In this document: positions 13,683 to 33,640 of the stretch, in pieces | How the letters are laid out: each line of letters opens with the position of its first letter | Position numbering within the stretch: position 1 is the first letter of the stretch | Source: the human T2T-CHM13v2.0 reference genome, Homo sapiens | Assembly (NCBI RefSeq): GCF_009914755.1 | Contig: NC_060934.1 | Direction: 5' to 3' (one strand) | DNA length: 64,000 nt | The notes under the pieces: model-generated | Told to the model about the DNA's origin: nothing | The model's database searches: none | What the model saw: only the letters and a program-made list of their open reading frames with translations | Made by a program: the position numbers and the translations under genes

Positions 13683-13755
13683 ATGTAACTAACCTGCACA
13701 TTGTGCACATGTACCCTAAAACTTAAAGTATAATAATAATAAAAGAAAAAAAAAA
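13683..13755 (+). mobile_element. Extremely 5'-truncated young L1PA (last ~50 nt plus A tail)
   Basis: ATGTAACTAACCTGCACATTGTGCACATGTACCCTAAAACTTAAAGTATAATAATAAT, identical to the end of the L1 at about 33041-33098. Confidence 0.9.
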
Positions 13756-13944
13756 TTGGGATCAAAGCCTAAAAGTGAAATGTAAAATTCAGAGCTCTGA
13801 ACGTCTACCTCTTGTTCACATGTATGTTTGTTATATTTTATTGTGGGATTAGAGGAGGATCTTCTCCCCTGCTACTAAATCACAGAATTTTCCTCTGCAG
13901 AGCGGCTAAAAAATGTTAAAACAGTGATTTACCAGTGTTCACTT

Positions 13945-16642
<2,698 letters not shown>

Positions 16643-16689
16643 TCCCTTTGCGACTTTTTTTTGTTGACTTATTGGTTGTTTAAGAGTAT

Positions 16690-18992
16690 TGATATGGTTT
16701 TGCTCTGTGTCCCCACCCAAATCTCATCTTGTAGCTCCCATAATTTCCACTTGTTGTGGGAGGGACCAGGTGGGAGATGATTGAATCATGGGGGAGAGCT
16801 TTTCCCATGCTGTTCATGTGATAGTAAATGGGTCTTACAAGATTTGATAGTTTTTAAAAATGGGAGTTTCCCTACACAAGCTCCTTTTGCATGCTGCTGT
16901 GCACATAAGATGTGACTTGCTCATCCTTGCCTTCTGCCATGATTGTGAGGCCTCCGCAGCCATGTGAAACTGTAAGTCCAATAAACCTCTTTCTTTTGTA
17001 AACTGTCCAGTCTCTGGTACATCTTAATCAGCAGCATGAACATGGAATTATATGGTAAATTGGTACCAGGAATGGGGTGCTACTATTAAAATACCTGAAA
17101 ATGTGGAAATGACTTTGGAATTGGGTAACAGGCAGAGTTTGGATCAGTTTGGAGAGCTCAGAAGAAGACAGGAAAATGTGGGAGAGTTTGGAATTCCCTA
17201 GAGACTTGTTGATTGGCTTTGACCAAAATGCTAATAATGATATGAACAATAAGGTCCGGGCTGAAGTGGTCTCAAATGGAGATGAGGAACTTGTTGGGAA
17301 CTGGAGCAAAGGTGATGCTTGTTATGTTTTAGCAAAGAGGCTGGTGGCATTTTGCCCCTGCCCTAGAGATTTGTGGAACTTTGAACCTGAGAGAGATGAT
17401 TTAGGGTATCTGGCAGAAGAAATTTCTAAGCAGCCAGGCATTCAACAGGTGACTTGAGTCTGTTAAAAGCATTCACTTTTATAAGGGGAGAAGATCATAA
17501 AAGTTTTGAAAATTTGCAGCCTGACAAAGTAATACAAAAGAAAATCCATTTTCTGAGGAGAAATTCCAGCTGGCTGTAGAAATTTGCATAAGTAATGAGG
17601 AGCCAAATGTTAATCCCCAAGACGATGGGCACAATATCTCCAGGGCATGTCAGAGGTCTTCATGGCAGCCTTTCCCATTACAGGCCCGGAGGCCTAGGAG
17701 GAATAAATGGTTCCATGGGCCAGGCCCAAGGTCCCCAATGCTTTGTACAGTCTAGGGACTTGGTGCCCTTTATCCCAGCTGCTCCAGTCATGACCAAAAT
17801 GGGCCAAGGTACAGCTCAGGCTGTGGCTTCAGAGAGTGCAAGCCCCAAGCCTTGGCAGTTTCTACGTGGTGTTGAGACTGTGGTTGCACAGAATTCAAGA
17901 ATTGAGGTTTGGGAACCTCTGCCTAGATTTCAGAGGATGTATGGAAATGCCTGGATGTCCAGGCAGAAGTTTGCTACAGGGGCGGGGACTTCAAGGAGAA
18001 CCTCTGCTAGGACAGTGTGAAAGGGAAATGTGGGGTCAGAGCTCCCACAGTCCCTACTGGGGCACTGCCTAGAGGAGCTTTGAGAAGAGGGCCACCATAG
18101 TCCAGATACCAGAATGGTAGATTCACTGAGAGCTTGTACTATGTGCCTGGAAAAGCTGCAGACACTCAACAGCAGCCTGTGAAAGCAGCTGGGAGGGAGG
18201 CTATACCCTGCAAAACCATAGGGGTGGAGCTTCTGAAGACCATGGGAAACCAGCTCTTGCATCAACATGACCTGCATGTGAGACATGGAGTCAAAGGAGA
18301 TCATTATGGAACTTTAAGATTTGACTGTCCTGCTGCATTTCAGACTGGCATGGGGCCTGTAGCCCCTTTGTTTTTCCCAATGTCTCCCATTTACTATAGC
18401 TTTATTTACCCAATGCCTGTACCCCCATTGTATCAAGCAAGTAACTAACTTGCTTGTGATTTCACAGGCTCATAGGTGGAAGGGACTTGCCTTGTTTTGG
18501 ATGAGACTTTGGACTGTGGACTTTGGAGTTAATGCTGAAAATGATTTGAGACTTTGGGGGACTGTTGGGAAGGAATGATTGGTTTTGAAATGTGAATATA
18601 TGAGATTTGGGAGAGGCCGGGGTGAAATGATATGGTTTGGCTATGTGTCCCCACCCAAGTCTCATTTTGTAGCTCCCATAATTCCCATGTGTTGTGGAAG
18701 GGACCCAGTGGGAGATGATTGAATCATGGGGGCAGGTCTTTCCTGTGCTGTTCATGTGTAGGTGAATATGTCTCATGAGATCTGATGCTTTTTAAAAATG
18801 GGAGTTTCTCTGCACAAGCTCTTTTTACCTGCAGCCATCCATGTAAGATGTGACTTGCTCCTCCTTGCCTTCCACCATGATTGTGAGGTCTCCCTAGCCA
18901 TGTGGAACTGTAAGTCCAGTAAACATCTTTCTGTTGTAAATTGCCCAGTATCAGGTATGTCTTTATCAGCAGCATGAAAACAGACTAATACA
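16690..18992 (+). mobile_element. Complete THE1 (THE1B-like) MaLR element: LTR 16690-~17053, internal region, LTR 18628-18992
   Basis: TGATATGG...TAATACA termini and perfect 5-bp TSD AGTAT (16685-89, 18993-97). MaLR-int ORF remnants (MESSEEDRKMWESLE...). Inserted in an old antisense L1M. Confidence 0.95.
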
Positions 18993-18997
18993 AGTAT

Positions 18998-19460
18998 GTT
19001 GTTTATTTCCACGTTTGTGAACTCCCAGATTTTTCTGGAATTAGAAATTTATTTCTAATTTCATTCCATTTTAGTCAGAGAATATACTTACATAACTTTA
19101 ATTCTTTTTAATTGTTTGAGACTTGTTTTATGGCATAAATTATGGCTATACTGAAGAATGTTCCATGTGTACTTAAGAAGAATATGTGTTCTGCTATTGT
19201 TGAATTAAGTTTTTTCTAGGTATCTGCTAAATCTGGTTGGTTTGTAATGGTCAAGTATTCTGTTTTTTTTTGTTGATCTTCTGTCTACTTATTCTATCCA
19301 TTATTGAGAGGGGAGTCTTGAAGCCTCTTGTTATCATTGATAAATTTTTATTTCTCTGCAATTTTGTCATTTTTATTTTACGACTTCTGGGGCTTTGTTT
19401 TTAAGTACATACATGTTAATATTGTTACGCCTTCTTGAGGGATTGATTGACCATTTTGTG
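18998..19460 (-). mobile_element. Old L1M ORF2 fragment (host of the THE1; probably resumes at about 23095-23310)
   Basis: 'gaatgttccatgtgtacttaagaagaatatgtgttctgctattgttga' antisense L1M motif. Confidence 0.75.
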
Positions 19461-19524
19461 ACACATACACACACATATATATTTATAGTAAAAATACATT
19501 ACATGAAAGTTACCTTCTTAACAA

Positions 19525-21248
19525 TATTTTTTATACTTTAAGTTCTGAGATACATGTGCAGAATGTGCAGGTTTGTTACATAGGTATACACATGCCATGG
19601 TAGTTTTCTGCACCCCTCCACCCATCTTCTACATTAGGTATTTCTCCTAATGCTATCCCTCCCTTAGCCCCCCAACCCCTGACAGGCCTGAGTATATGAT
19701 GTTCCCCTCCCTGTGTCCATGTGTTCTCATTGTTCAACTCCCACTTACGAGTGAGAATATGTGGTGGTGGTTTTTCTCTTTCTGTGTCAGTTTGCTGAGA
19801 ATGATGGTTTCCAGCTTCATTCATTTCCCTGCAAAGGGCATAAACTCATCCTTTTTTATGGCCGCACAGTATTTCGTGGTATATACGTGCCACGTTTTCT
19901 TTATCCAGTCTATCATTGATGGGCATTTTGGTTGGTTCCAAGTCTTTGCTATTGTGAATAGTGCTGCAATAAACATATGTGTACATGTGTCTTTATAGTA
20001 AAATGATTTATTATAATCCTTTGGGTATATACCCAGTAATGGGATGGCTGGGTCAAATGGTATTTCTGGTTCTAAATTCTTGAGGAATCACCACACTGTC
20101 TTTCACAATGGTTTAACTAATTTACACTCCCACCAACAGTGTAAAAGAATTCCTATTTCTCCACATCCTTTCCAGCATCTGTTGTTTCCTGACTTTTTAA
20201 TGATTGCCATTCTAACTGGCATGAGATGGTATCTCATGGTGGTTTTGATTTGCATTTCTCTAATGACCAGCAATGAGGAGATTTTTTTCATGTTTGTTGG
20301 CTGCATAAATGTCTTCTTTTAAGAAGTGTCTGTTCATATCCTTCACCTACTTTTTGATGAGGTTGTTTTCTTATAAGTTTGTTTAAGTTCTTTGTAGATT
20401 CTGGATATTAGCCCTTTGTCAGATGGATAGATTGTAAAAATTTTCTCCCATTCTGTAGGTTGCCTGTTTACTCTGATGATAGTTTCTTTTGCTGTGCAGT
20501 TCTTTAGTTTAATTAGATCCCATTTGTCAATTTTGGCTTTTGTTGCCATTGCTTTTGGTGTTTTAGTCATGAAGCCTTTGCCCATGCCTATGTCCTGAAT
20601 GGTATTGCCTAGGTTTTCTTCTAGGGTTTTTATGGCTTTAGGTCTTATGTTTAAGTCTTTAATCCATCTTGAGTTATTTTTTGTATAAGGTGTAAGGAAG
20701 GTGTCCAGTTTCAGTTTTCTGCATATGGCTAGCCAGTTTTCCCAACACCATTTATTAAATAGGGAATCCTTTCCCCATTGCTTGTTTTTGTCGGGTTTGT
20801 CAAAGATCAGGTGGTTGTAGATGTGTGGCATTATTTCTGAAGCCTCTGTTCTGTTCCATTGGTCTATATATCTGTTTTGGCTGTTTTGGTACCAGTACCA
20901 CGCAGTTTTCATTATTGTAGCCTTGTAGTATTGTTTGAAGTCAGGTAGCGTGATGCTTCCAGCTTTGTTCTTTTTGCTCAGGATTGTCTTGGCTATATGG
21001 GCTCTTTTTTTGTTGCCATATGAAATTTAAAGTAGTTTTTTTCTAATTCTGCAAAGAAAGTCATTGGTAGCTTGATAGGGATAGCATTGTATCTATAAAT
21101 TACTTTGGGCAGTGTGGCCATTTTCACGATATTGATTCTTCCTATCCATGAGCATGGAAGCTTTTTTCATTTGTTTGTGTCCTCTCTTATTTCGTTGAGC
21201 AGTAGTTTGTAGGTCTCCTTGAAGAGATCCTTCACATCCCTTGTAAGT
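19525..21248 (-). mobile_element. 5'-truncated L1PA7/8-like (ORF2 C-terminus plus 3' UTR)
   Basis: ORFs 20343-20912 and 20103-20306 (-) are L1 ORF2p C-terminal sequence. The 3' UTR begins 'ttttatactttaagttctgagatacatgtgcag'. Confidence 0.92.
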
Positions 21249-23090
21249 GTGTTAATTATATTCACATTGTTGTGAAACAGATCTTCAGAACATTTTCATC
21301 TTGCAGATTTGAAACTCTATACCCATTCAACAACAACTCTCTTTTTCCCCTTTCTCCTTGCCGCTGGTAATAACCATTCTACTACTTTCTGTTTCCATTA
21401 ATTTATCTACTTTAGGTACCACAAATAAATAGAATCATATGGTATTTGGCTTTTTGTGAGTGTCTTATTTCACATAGCATAATGTCCTCAATGTTCAACT
21501 ATGTTGTGGCATATGATGGGATTTCCTTCTTTTTTAAGTCTGAATAATATTTTATTGTTTCTATATACCACATTTTGCTTATTGTTTCATTTGTTGATGG
21601 GTGTTTGGGTTACTTAACACCCCTTGGTATTGTATATAGTGCCACTATGAACATGGGTTTGCAAATATCTCTCAGAGATCCTGCTTTCAATTATTTTGGA
21701 TACATACTCAGAAGTAGAATTGCAGGATCATATGGTAATTATATTTTTGAGTTTTTGAGGAACCTTCTTACTGTTTCCCATAGTGCCGGCACCATTTAAA
21801 ATTCCTACCAACAATGCACAAGGGTACCAATTTTTCCACATTCTCACAAACATTTGTTATTTTCTGTTCTTTTGATAGTAGCTATACTAATGGATGTGAG
21901 GTTACATCTCATTGTGGTTTTGATTTGCATTTCCCTGATGATTAGTTCCATTAAGCAAGCATCTCTTTGGATACTTCTTAGCCAATTGTATGTCATCTTT
22001 GGAGAAATGGCTATTCAAATCCTTTGCGTATTTTTTAACTTTGATTATTTGATACTTCGTTGTTGAGTTATAGGACTTCTTTATATATTGTATAATTGTA
22101 GGACTTCTTTATGTATTATATAATTTTGGATATTAACCCTTTTTCATATATATGATTTGCAAATATTTTGTCCCATTACACAGGTTGCCTTGTCACTCTG
22201 TTGTGTCCTTCAGTGCACAAAACTTTTTAAGCTTGATTTAGTCTCATTTGTTTATTTTTGGTTGTGTTGTCTGAGCTTTTGGTTTCCTGTTAAAGAAATT
22301 ATTCTCAAGTCCTGAGAATATCCTGAAATACTTCCTGTATGTTTTCTTTTAGAAGTTTCGTGGCTTTAGATCTTTAATTATTTTGAGTTAATATATATGG
22401 CATAAGGATCCAGCTTCACTATTTTGCATTTGGATATCCAGATTATTTCAGCATTATTTGTTGTAAAAGGTGTCCTTCCTCCATGTTGTGGTCTTGGCAT
22501 TCTTGTGGAAGATCATTTCATCATTACATGAGGGTTTATTTCTGGGCTCTCATCCTATTCCATTGGCTTACATGTCTGTCTTTATGTCAGTACTACACTG
22601 GTTTTATTATGGTGGTTTTATAATTTGTTTTGAAATCAGGAAGTATGAATTCTCTAAATTTTTTTTTCTTCAATATTTTCTTGGCTATTTGGGCTCCCTT
22701 GATATTCTATATGAATTTTAAGATGAACTTCCCTATGTCTGCAAAAAGTGTTGAGCTTTAGATAGGAATTGTGTTGAATACAAGATTGTTTTGTGTAGTA
22801 TGTACATCTTCATAATGTTAATTTTTCAATCCATGAACATGGGATGGTTTTCATTTATCTGTATCTTCTTTAATTTCTTTCAGCAAAGTTTTGTAGTTTT
22901 CAGTGTACAAATCTTTAACTTCCTTGATTAGGTTTATTCCTAACTATCTCAACTCTTTTTCATGCTAGTATATAGAATTTTCTTAACTTTTAAAATGCTC
23001 AGTGTTAGTGTATAGAAATGTAACTGATTTCTGTGTGTTGATTTATATTTTGTAACTTTACTGAATTCATTTATTAGTTCTAACAGATCG
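21249..23090 (-). mobile_element. L1MA9/L1MB-type 3' portion (its extreme 3' end lies at about 19480-19524)
   Basis: Typical 3' UTR and ORF2 antisense motifs; closely resembles the copy at 45190-48270. Confidence 0.8.
22071..22126. repeat. 28-bp imperfect tandem duplication
   Basis: TAGGACTTCTTTATATATTGTATAATTG / TAGGACTTCTTTATGTATTATATAATTT. Confidence 0.85.
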
Positions 23091-23685
23091 ACCTCATCCT
23101 TGTTAATTGACTTTCCTTGTCTCTAATAACTGCTTTTTATATATTTTTTAATATTAATATAACCACACAAATTCTCTTTTGTTTACTGATTTTATGGTAT
23201 ATCTCTTTCTGTCCTTTTGCTTTCACCTAAGGTTTCTCTTGTTCACAATATATGGTTGCATCATGTTTTTTTACATCATTTTTTTCTGCTACCTCTTCCA
23301 TTTGATTGTAGTCTCTTTAAGCAGGTTCTGAAAATTGATATCAAGAATCAATCTGTGATTGATTATTTATTCTAGATTACTTTATTATAATTAATGCAAC
23401 CAAAGGTTGTTTTAGCATTTGTTTGGCAGCCATACCATAACTTTGCAGTGATGTGGCTGGTTTTTATAGATCCAATCACAGCATCCCATATTTTTATGTC
23501 AAATTGTATTTTGTTATCACTAGCTGATTGATGTCTTTTCAGATTCTGTTTTTATCATGGAGTATATTCATTATCATTCCAATGATGATGATAATGATGA
23601 ATGTTAATATTTAATTCATATGACTAAGCATTCTGTTGATTAAACCACACTCTGCCACTTGTTAGATGTGTGACCTAAGATGAAT

Positions 23686-24163
23686 TGTTACTGACCCATC
23701 CATGGCCTCACTACCCAGTGTGCACAGAGGCCAATACCATGGCACTGGCTTTTGAGAAAAGAAAAGCTTTATTGCAAGTCATTTGGCAAGGAGGCAGGAG
23801 GAAATGCTCAAATCTCTCTCCTTGAGCTGGTGGCTGGGAAAGGTTTTATAATCATAGAGTAATGAGATGTGATCTGATTAGATCTTACAATGAGGTGATC
23901 CCTGGGGACATGATCTGACTGGATCCTTTCATGGGGTGATGCCAGAGCTCAATCTGGTTGAATCCTGGATCCTGCTATGTGGTGCCTGCTTCTTAATGCT
24001 GTCCCTGATCCTCAGTTCAAGCACTTAGGATCCCCCTGTGGTTGCATGCTTGGTTCATCTAAGCATGCTCAGGTTACATGACCCTCAGGGTCCATGGCAA
24101 CTGAAAAATGACTGACAACTTTATTACATAAAAGTTGAACTAGATTGGTCTGGTATGGTGACA
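23686..24163 (-). mobile_element. ERV1 (MER4-group-like) solo LTR inserted in a MIR
   Basis: TGTTAC...GTGACA termini and 'ctttattg' (reverse poly(A) signal). MIR core on both sides ('tgtgacctaa' | 'aagttacttaa'). Confidence 0.7.
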
Positions 24164-24500
24164 AAGTTACTTAAGCACTCTACCCTTGTCTTCTCTTCTA
24201 CAAAATGAGGATAATTATAATTAATCGCATCTACTCACTGAGTTGCTTGAGAATTACATGAATTAATATTTGTAAAGTGCTTAAAATAATGCCTAGCATA
24301 TAATAAGCACCATATATGTAGTTGTATAATGAAATAATCAGTTCTGTGGAATAAGAAGTATTATTCTTCACATTTTATCAGTAAGGAAAATAATATTTAA
24401 AGATATATAAGTAATTTGCCCAGGGTTCCATTGCTATTAATATAGCTGGGACTTTAATTAAAGCATATCTTACTCCAAAGTCCATGTTCTTAACCACAAA
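24164..24500. mobile_element. MIR fragments (sense half of the split MIR, then an antisense copy)
   Basis: 'aaaatgaggataatta...tgtaaagtgcttaaaataatgcctagcatataataagc' and 'aagtaatttgcccagggtt...tactccaaagtccatgttcttaaccac'. Confidence 0.7.
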
Positions 24501-25964
24501 TTCACCAGCATCGTCTTCTCAATGATTCATCCAAATCCTTGTTAAACACATTAAAGAATGTCATGACCAGGGGCCTTAGAATACACTGCCAGAAATCTCC
24601 CCCTATTAATCAGAACCGTTTGTTAATCATTCAACAGTATCCTCAAATCTTTTTTCCATTTCTCCATAAATTTGAAAAATTTTAAACAATCCGTGAATAA
24701 TGATTTGAAGTACACACATATGCCTTCTATGTATATCCCTGATTCGCCATTGCAACAGACGATCTCACAAAGGAAATGAGGATACTTAAACATTTTTGAC
24801 TCTTTAATGCTAATGCTGATTACTCCTGATGTTCCTTCAAAGGATATTATTTCTGATTCTGTATTCAGAATGGTACTTTTAAGAGTTTCTCAGTGTTCCT
24901 GAATACCTTTCCTGTCTGAATTTTATGTATATTTTATTGAATAATTTTTCTCTTCTGCATTTAAAAATCTGTCTTATTAAAGTCTAGGAGAGCTGTCAAT
25001 TATAGTTGGCCTTCCCATTGACAGATATTAGGAATGCTAAGAAGATATAGCTACTTTCTTTAAAATTTATATTTCCGGTCAAATGTGTTTGTTTTGGTGG
25101 TTAGAATTAGATTTAGAGTAGCAGACAAGGCAAAGCATACTAAATTTCGATTACTTGAAAGAGTGTGTCCGCACACTTTGAATGAGTTATGCCATAGAGA
25201 GCATTTAGAAGGGCTTGCTTTAATAATAAAGAATAAATACAGAAATAATCAACATTTCAACTGTCTATGTAAAACTATGTTTTCCTAAAGTACTTGAAAA
25301 CATTTTTGTATGTTAAATATTTATTTAAAATTTTTTCCTATTTTGGAAAACATTATTTTGGTAGTTTAATAGTTAACTAAGGACATATATGCATCCTGTA
25401 AATCTTTCTGGAATAACAAGATAAATTGTTAAAAATTTTTCATGTTTGCAGATGAAAAGATAGCAATTACATCAATTAAAATAATTTTCTTTCTGAGTGA
25501 TAAACAATATTTAATTTTCTCCCCATAATAAAAGCTCAGTGTCATTTGGGAATACAGCATTTAGTTTTGATTTAGCGTTTAGTAGGCAGTCTAGTTCCTA
25601 CCTTTTGATTTAGCCCTATGCCCTTTATTCTGTACTTGATTTGCTAATTAGTATTGAAAAACCCTGCAAAATTTCACTGGGGAAATGCATATGTATATTC
25701 GGATTCTCAATACTTGAGAAGCAGCCAAGTATTTGGTGCATGCAAACACATTCTGAGTTTTGCATAATTCTTATATAATCACTTTTAATATCCAGAGGCT
25801 TCTTCCTTCAGTATCATTACATAGATCCTATATCTATCAGGAAGAATGGAGTAGACAAAATATTCTGATTCTATCAAATAAGTCATAATAAAAAATACAA
25901 TTTCTTTGACAGGTGAAGGAGAAAGGAACTAAAAGATCCTTTGGAGGGATAGTATGGCTTAGTG

Positions 25965-28095
25965 TAAATTTTATGTTTTTATTGACATATAAATGTTTCA
26001 TAAAAGCACATAATAAGTATACAGCACAATGAATTGTCACAAAGAGAATGTACTTCGAGAGAAAACATTCCAAAACTCCAGAAGGCCTCCTTATGTCCCC
26101 TACCCAATCACATCCTCCTCACTGTTTCCCCAAATTAACAGACATTCTGGTTTTTAACACTGTATATTACAGTTTTCTTTTTAAAAACCTTACATAAATA
26201 GTATTATATAATTTAGCATATATGACTTATTTTGTTCAACATTGAGTGATTAAAAGATACATCCATCTTGTATATAACACTAATATATTTACTTTTATTG
26301 TTGTATAGTATGTTATTATTTTAATATAGCACAATTTATTTCTTCATTCTACTGTAGACAAACTTTTGTTTTTGTTTTTGTTTTTGTTTTTTTGGTAATT
26401 TGGGACTGTTACAAATAGTCCATTTATTTTTGCATTTATATTGGGGCATATCCACCTATCTTTCAGTTGGGTACATACCTAGGATTCAAATAGTTGGATA
26501 ATAGGATGTGTTATTTTCAAATTTAATAGATAATTCCAAACCTATATCCAGATTACATCAATTTATACATTCACCAGCTCTTTGTGAGGTTTCTATTCTC
26601 ACTAAAACTTTGATTGTCAGTTTGAGTTTTGTCCATTTTGATGACTGAGCACTGGTTCTTTTAGTTTTTAAACTTTAACAAATAAAAATTATATGTATTT
26701 ATGGTTTACAACATGGTATTTTGATCTGTGCACACATTGTGGAATGACTGAATCAAGCTAACTAAAATATTAATTACCTCACGTATATATCATTTTTGTG
26801 ATGAGAACATATAAAATCTACTCTCAGCAATTTTCAAATATACAATACTTAGTTAATTAATGATGTGTGTTAACACCATGTAGTACAATGGATCTCCTGA
26901 ACTTATTCCTCCTGTTTAGCTGAAATTTTGTATTCTTTGACCAGAATCTCTCCAATTCACCCTGTCCTTGCCCCTGGCCACTGGTAATCACCATTCTACT
27001 CTCTGCTTCTGTGAATTTGACACTTTTAGATTGTGTATTGTTTAAATTTTTTTTGATGATTATGAGGTTGAAACCTTTCTATGTTTATTAACCATTGTAA
27101 TGTTCTGTTTAAGACTTTTGCTCCATTTCACATTGGCATGTCTATCTTTTTCTTATTCAGACGGAAGAGTTCTTTTATATTGTAGCTATAGACCTTGTTT
27201 AATTTGAGATACTTTTTCCTGTTCTATAGCTTGACATTTTACTTTATAAATTGTCTATTGATCAAAAGTTTTTAATTTTAATGTATTTCTTTACATTTAA
27301 TAATACCCCAAATCATGAAGTTTTTCTTCTTTGTTATATGTTAGAAACTTAATTGCTTTCTACTCCATATTTCATCTATAATCAAAACCAGAATTTATTT
27401 TTATATGTGCTGGGAAGTAGGGGAAAATTTTATATTTCTACATAGGGCTACCCAAGGGACCTAGCATCATATACTGAAAAGACTATGTTTTTTTCCTACT
27501 ACCTGTGTCATACATCATCACTCCTTGGGTACATGGATTTTTTTTTCTCTAGACTCTATTCTGAATCATTGTGCAATTTTTCTTGACTTATGTCAATACT
27601 ACATTATTATAATTACTGTTGCCTTACAAAAAGTTTCGATAACTTATACAATAAGCCCCCCAGTTTTCCTTTGTTCTTTTTCAAGATTTCGTTTTGGCTC
27701 TTCTTGGCCATTTGCATTTATATACACATTTCTATACAAAATTTGGGCTTAGTTTGTCAATTTGGAAGTTATTATAGCCATAGATGAATTCTGACAAATG
27801 GACATCTTGATAATAGTCTTTCAACCCATAAACATGAGAATATCCTTCCATTCATATTTTCTTTAATTTATCTCAGTAAGGTGGGGTTTTTGTTTGTCTC
27901 TTTGACCTCTTCATTTATCACCTTATATATTTCAAAGTCACATATTTAGATACAGAACAATTTGGGTTGTGACACCTTCCTGCTGGATTGGCATTTTCAT
28001 TTCTTCAGATGTCCCTTTTAAACTCTGGTAATGGTTTTTGCCTTAAGATCTACTTTGTTTGATATTAATATAGTTGCACAAACTCTCTTCTGTAT
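25965..28095 (-). mobile_element. Old L1ME/MC fragments with a nested L1MA 3' end (~26660-27030)
   Basis: Degenerate antisense L1 3' UTR/ORF2 motifs. Confidence 0.65.
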
Positions 28096-28099
28096 ATGT

Positions 28100-28515
28100 T
28101 TGCAGGGAATGCTCTTTGGATATATGCCAATGCCCCATACATATACTGTCAGATTTTTCAGTGATTGTAATAAACAGGCTGGATTTCCAATTGCCTGAGG
28201 GCTGCCGCTGTTGCCTGGATCATGGAAACTTCAAGTGCCAGAGAATTAATATTTTTGAGAATAGCTTTCAACCTTACTCAGATGTGGTGTCTCTGAAGTT
28301 CATCTTTTAAGCTGACTTTTAGAATTCCCTAGAGGAATTAGCCCCACCTGCCAGAATGGCAGCTCTCTGGATGAAGTACTGTCTATTTGATCCTGCCTTC
28401 CTTTTCCTTTCTGCCTTACTTCCCTTCTCCAGTTTTGTGGAGTTACCTCCTAAATAAACTACTGGTATTTTAATCCTTGTTTCAGGATCTACTTCTGATG
28501 TATCCCCAGTAAGAC
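28100..28515 (+). mobile_element. ERVL-class solo LTR (LTR16-like)
   Basis: 'cctcctaaataaactact...aatccttgtttcaggatctacttctg...taagaca' resembles ERVL LTR 3' ends. Confidence 0.55.
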
Positions 28516-28527
28516 AGTATTTTTTTT

Positions 28528-33640
<5,113 letters not shown>

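Noticed and set aside
17028-19012. Many ORFs in THE1 (also 50133-52350)
   Set aside because: Decayed MaLR internal and LTR sequence with stops and frameshifts.
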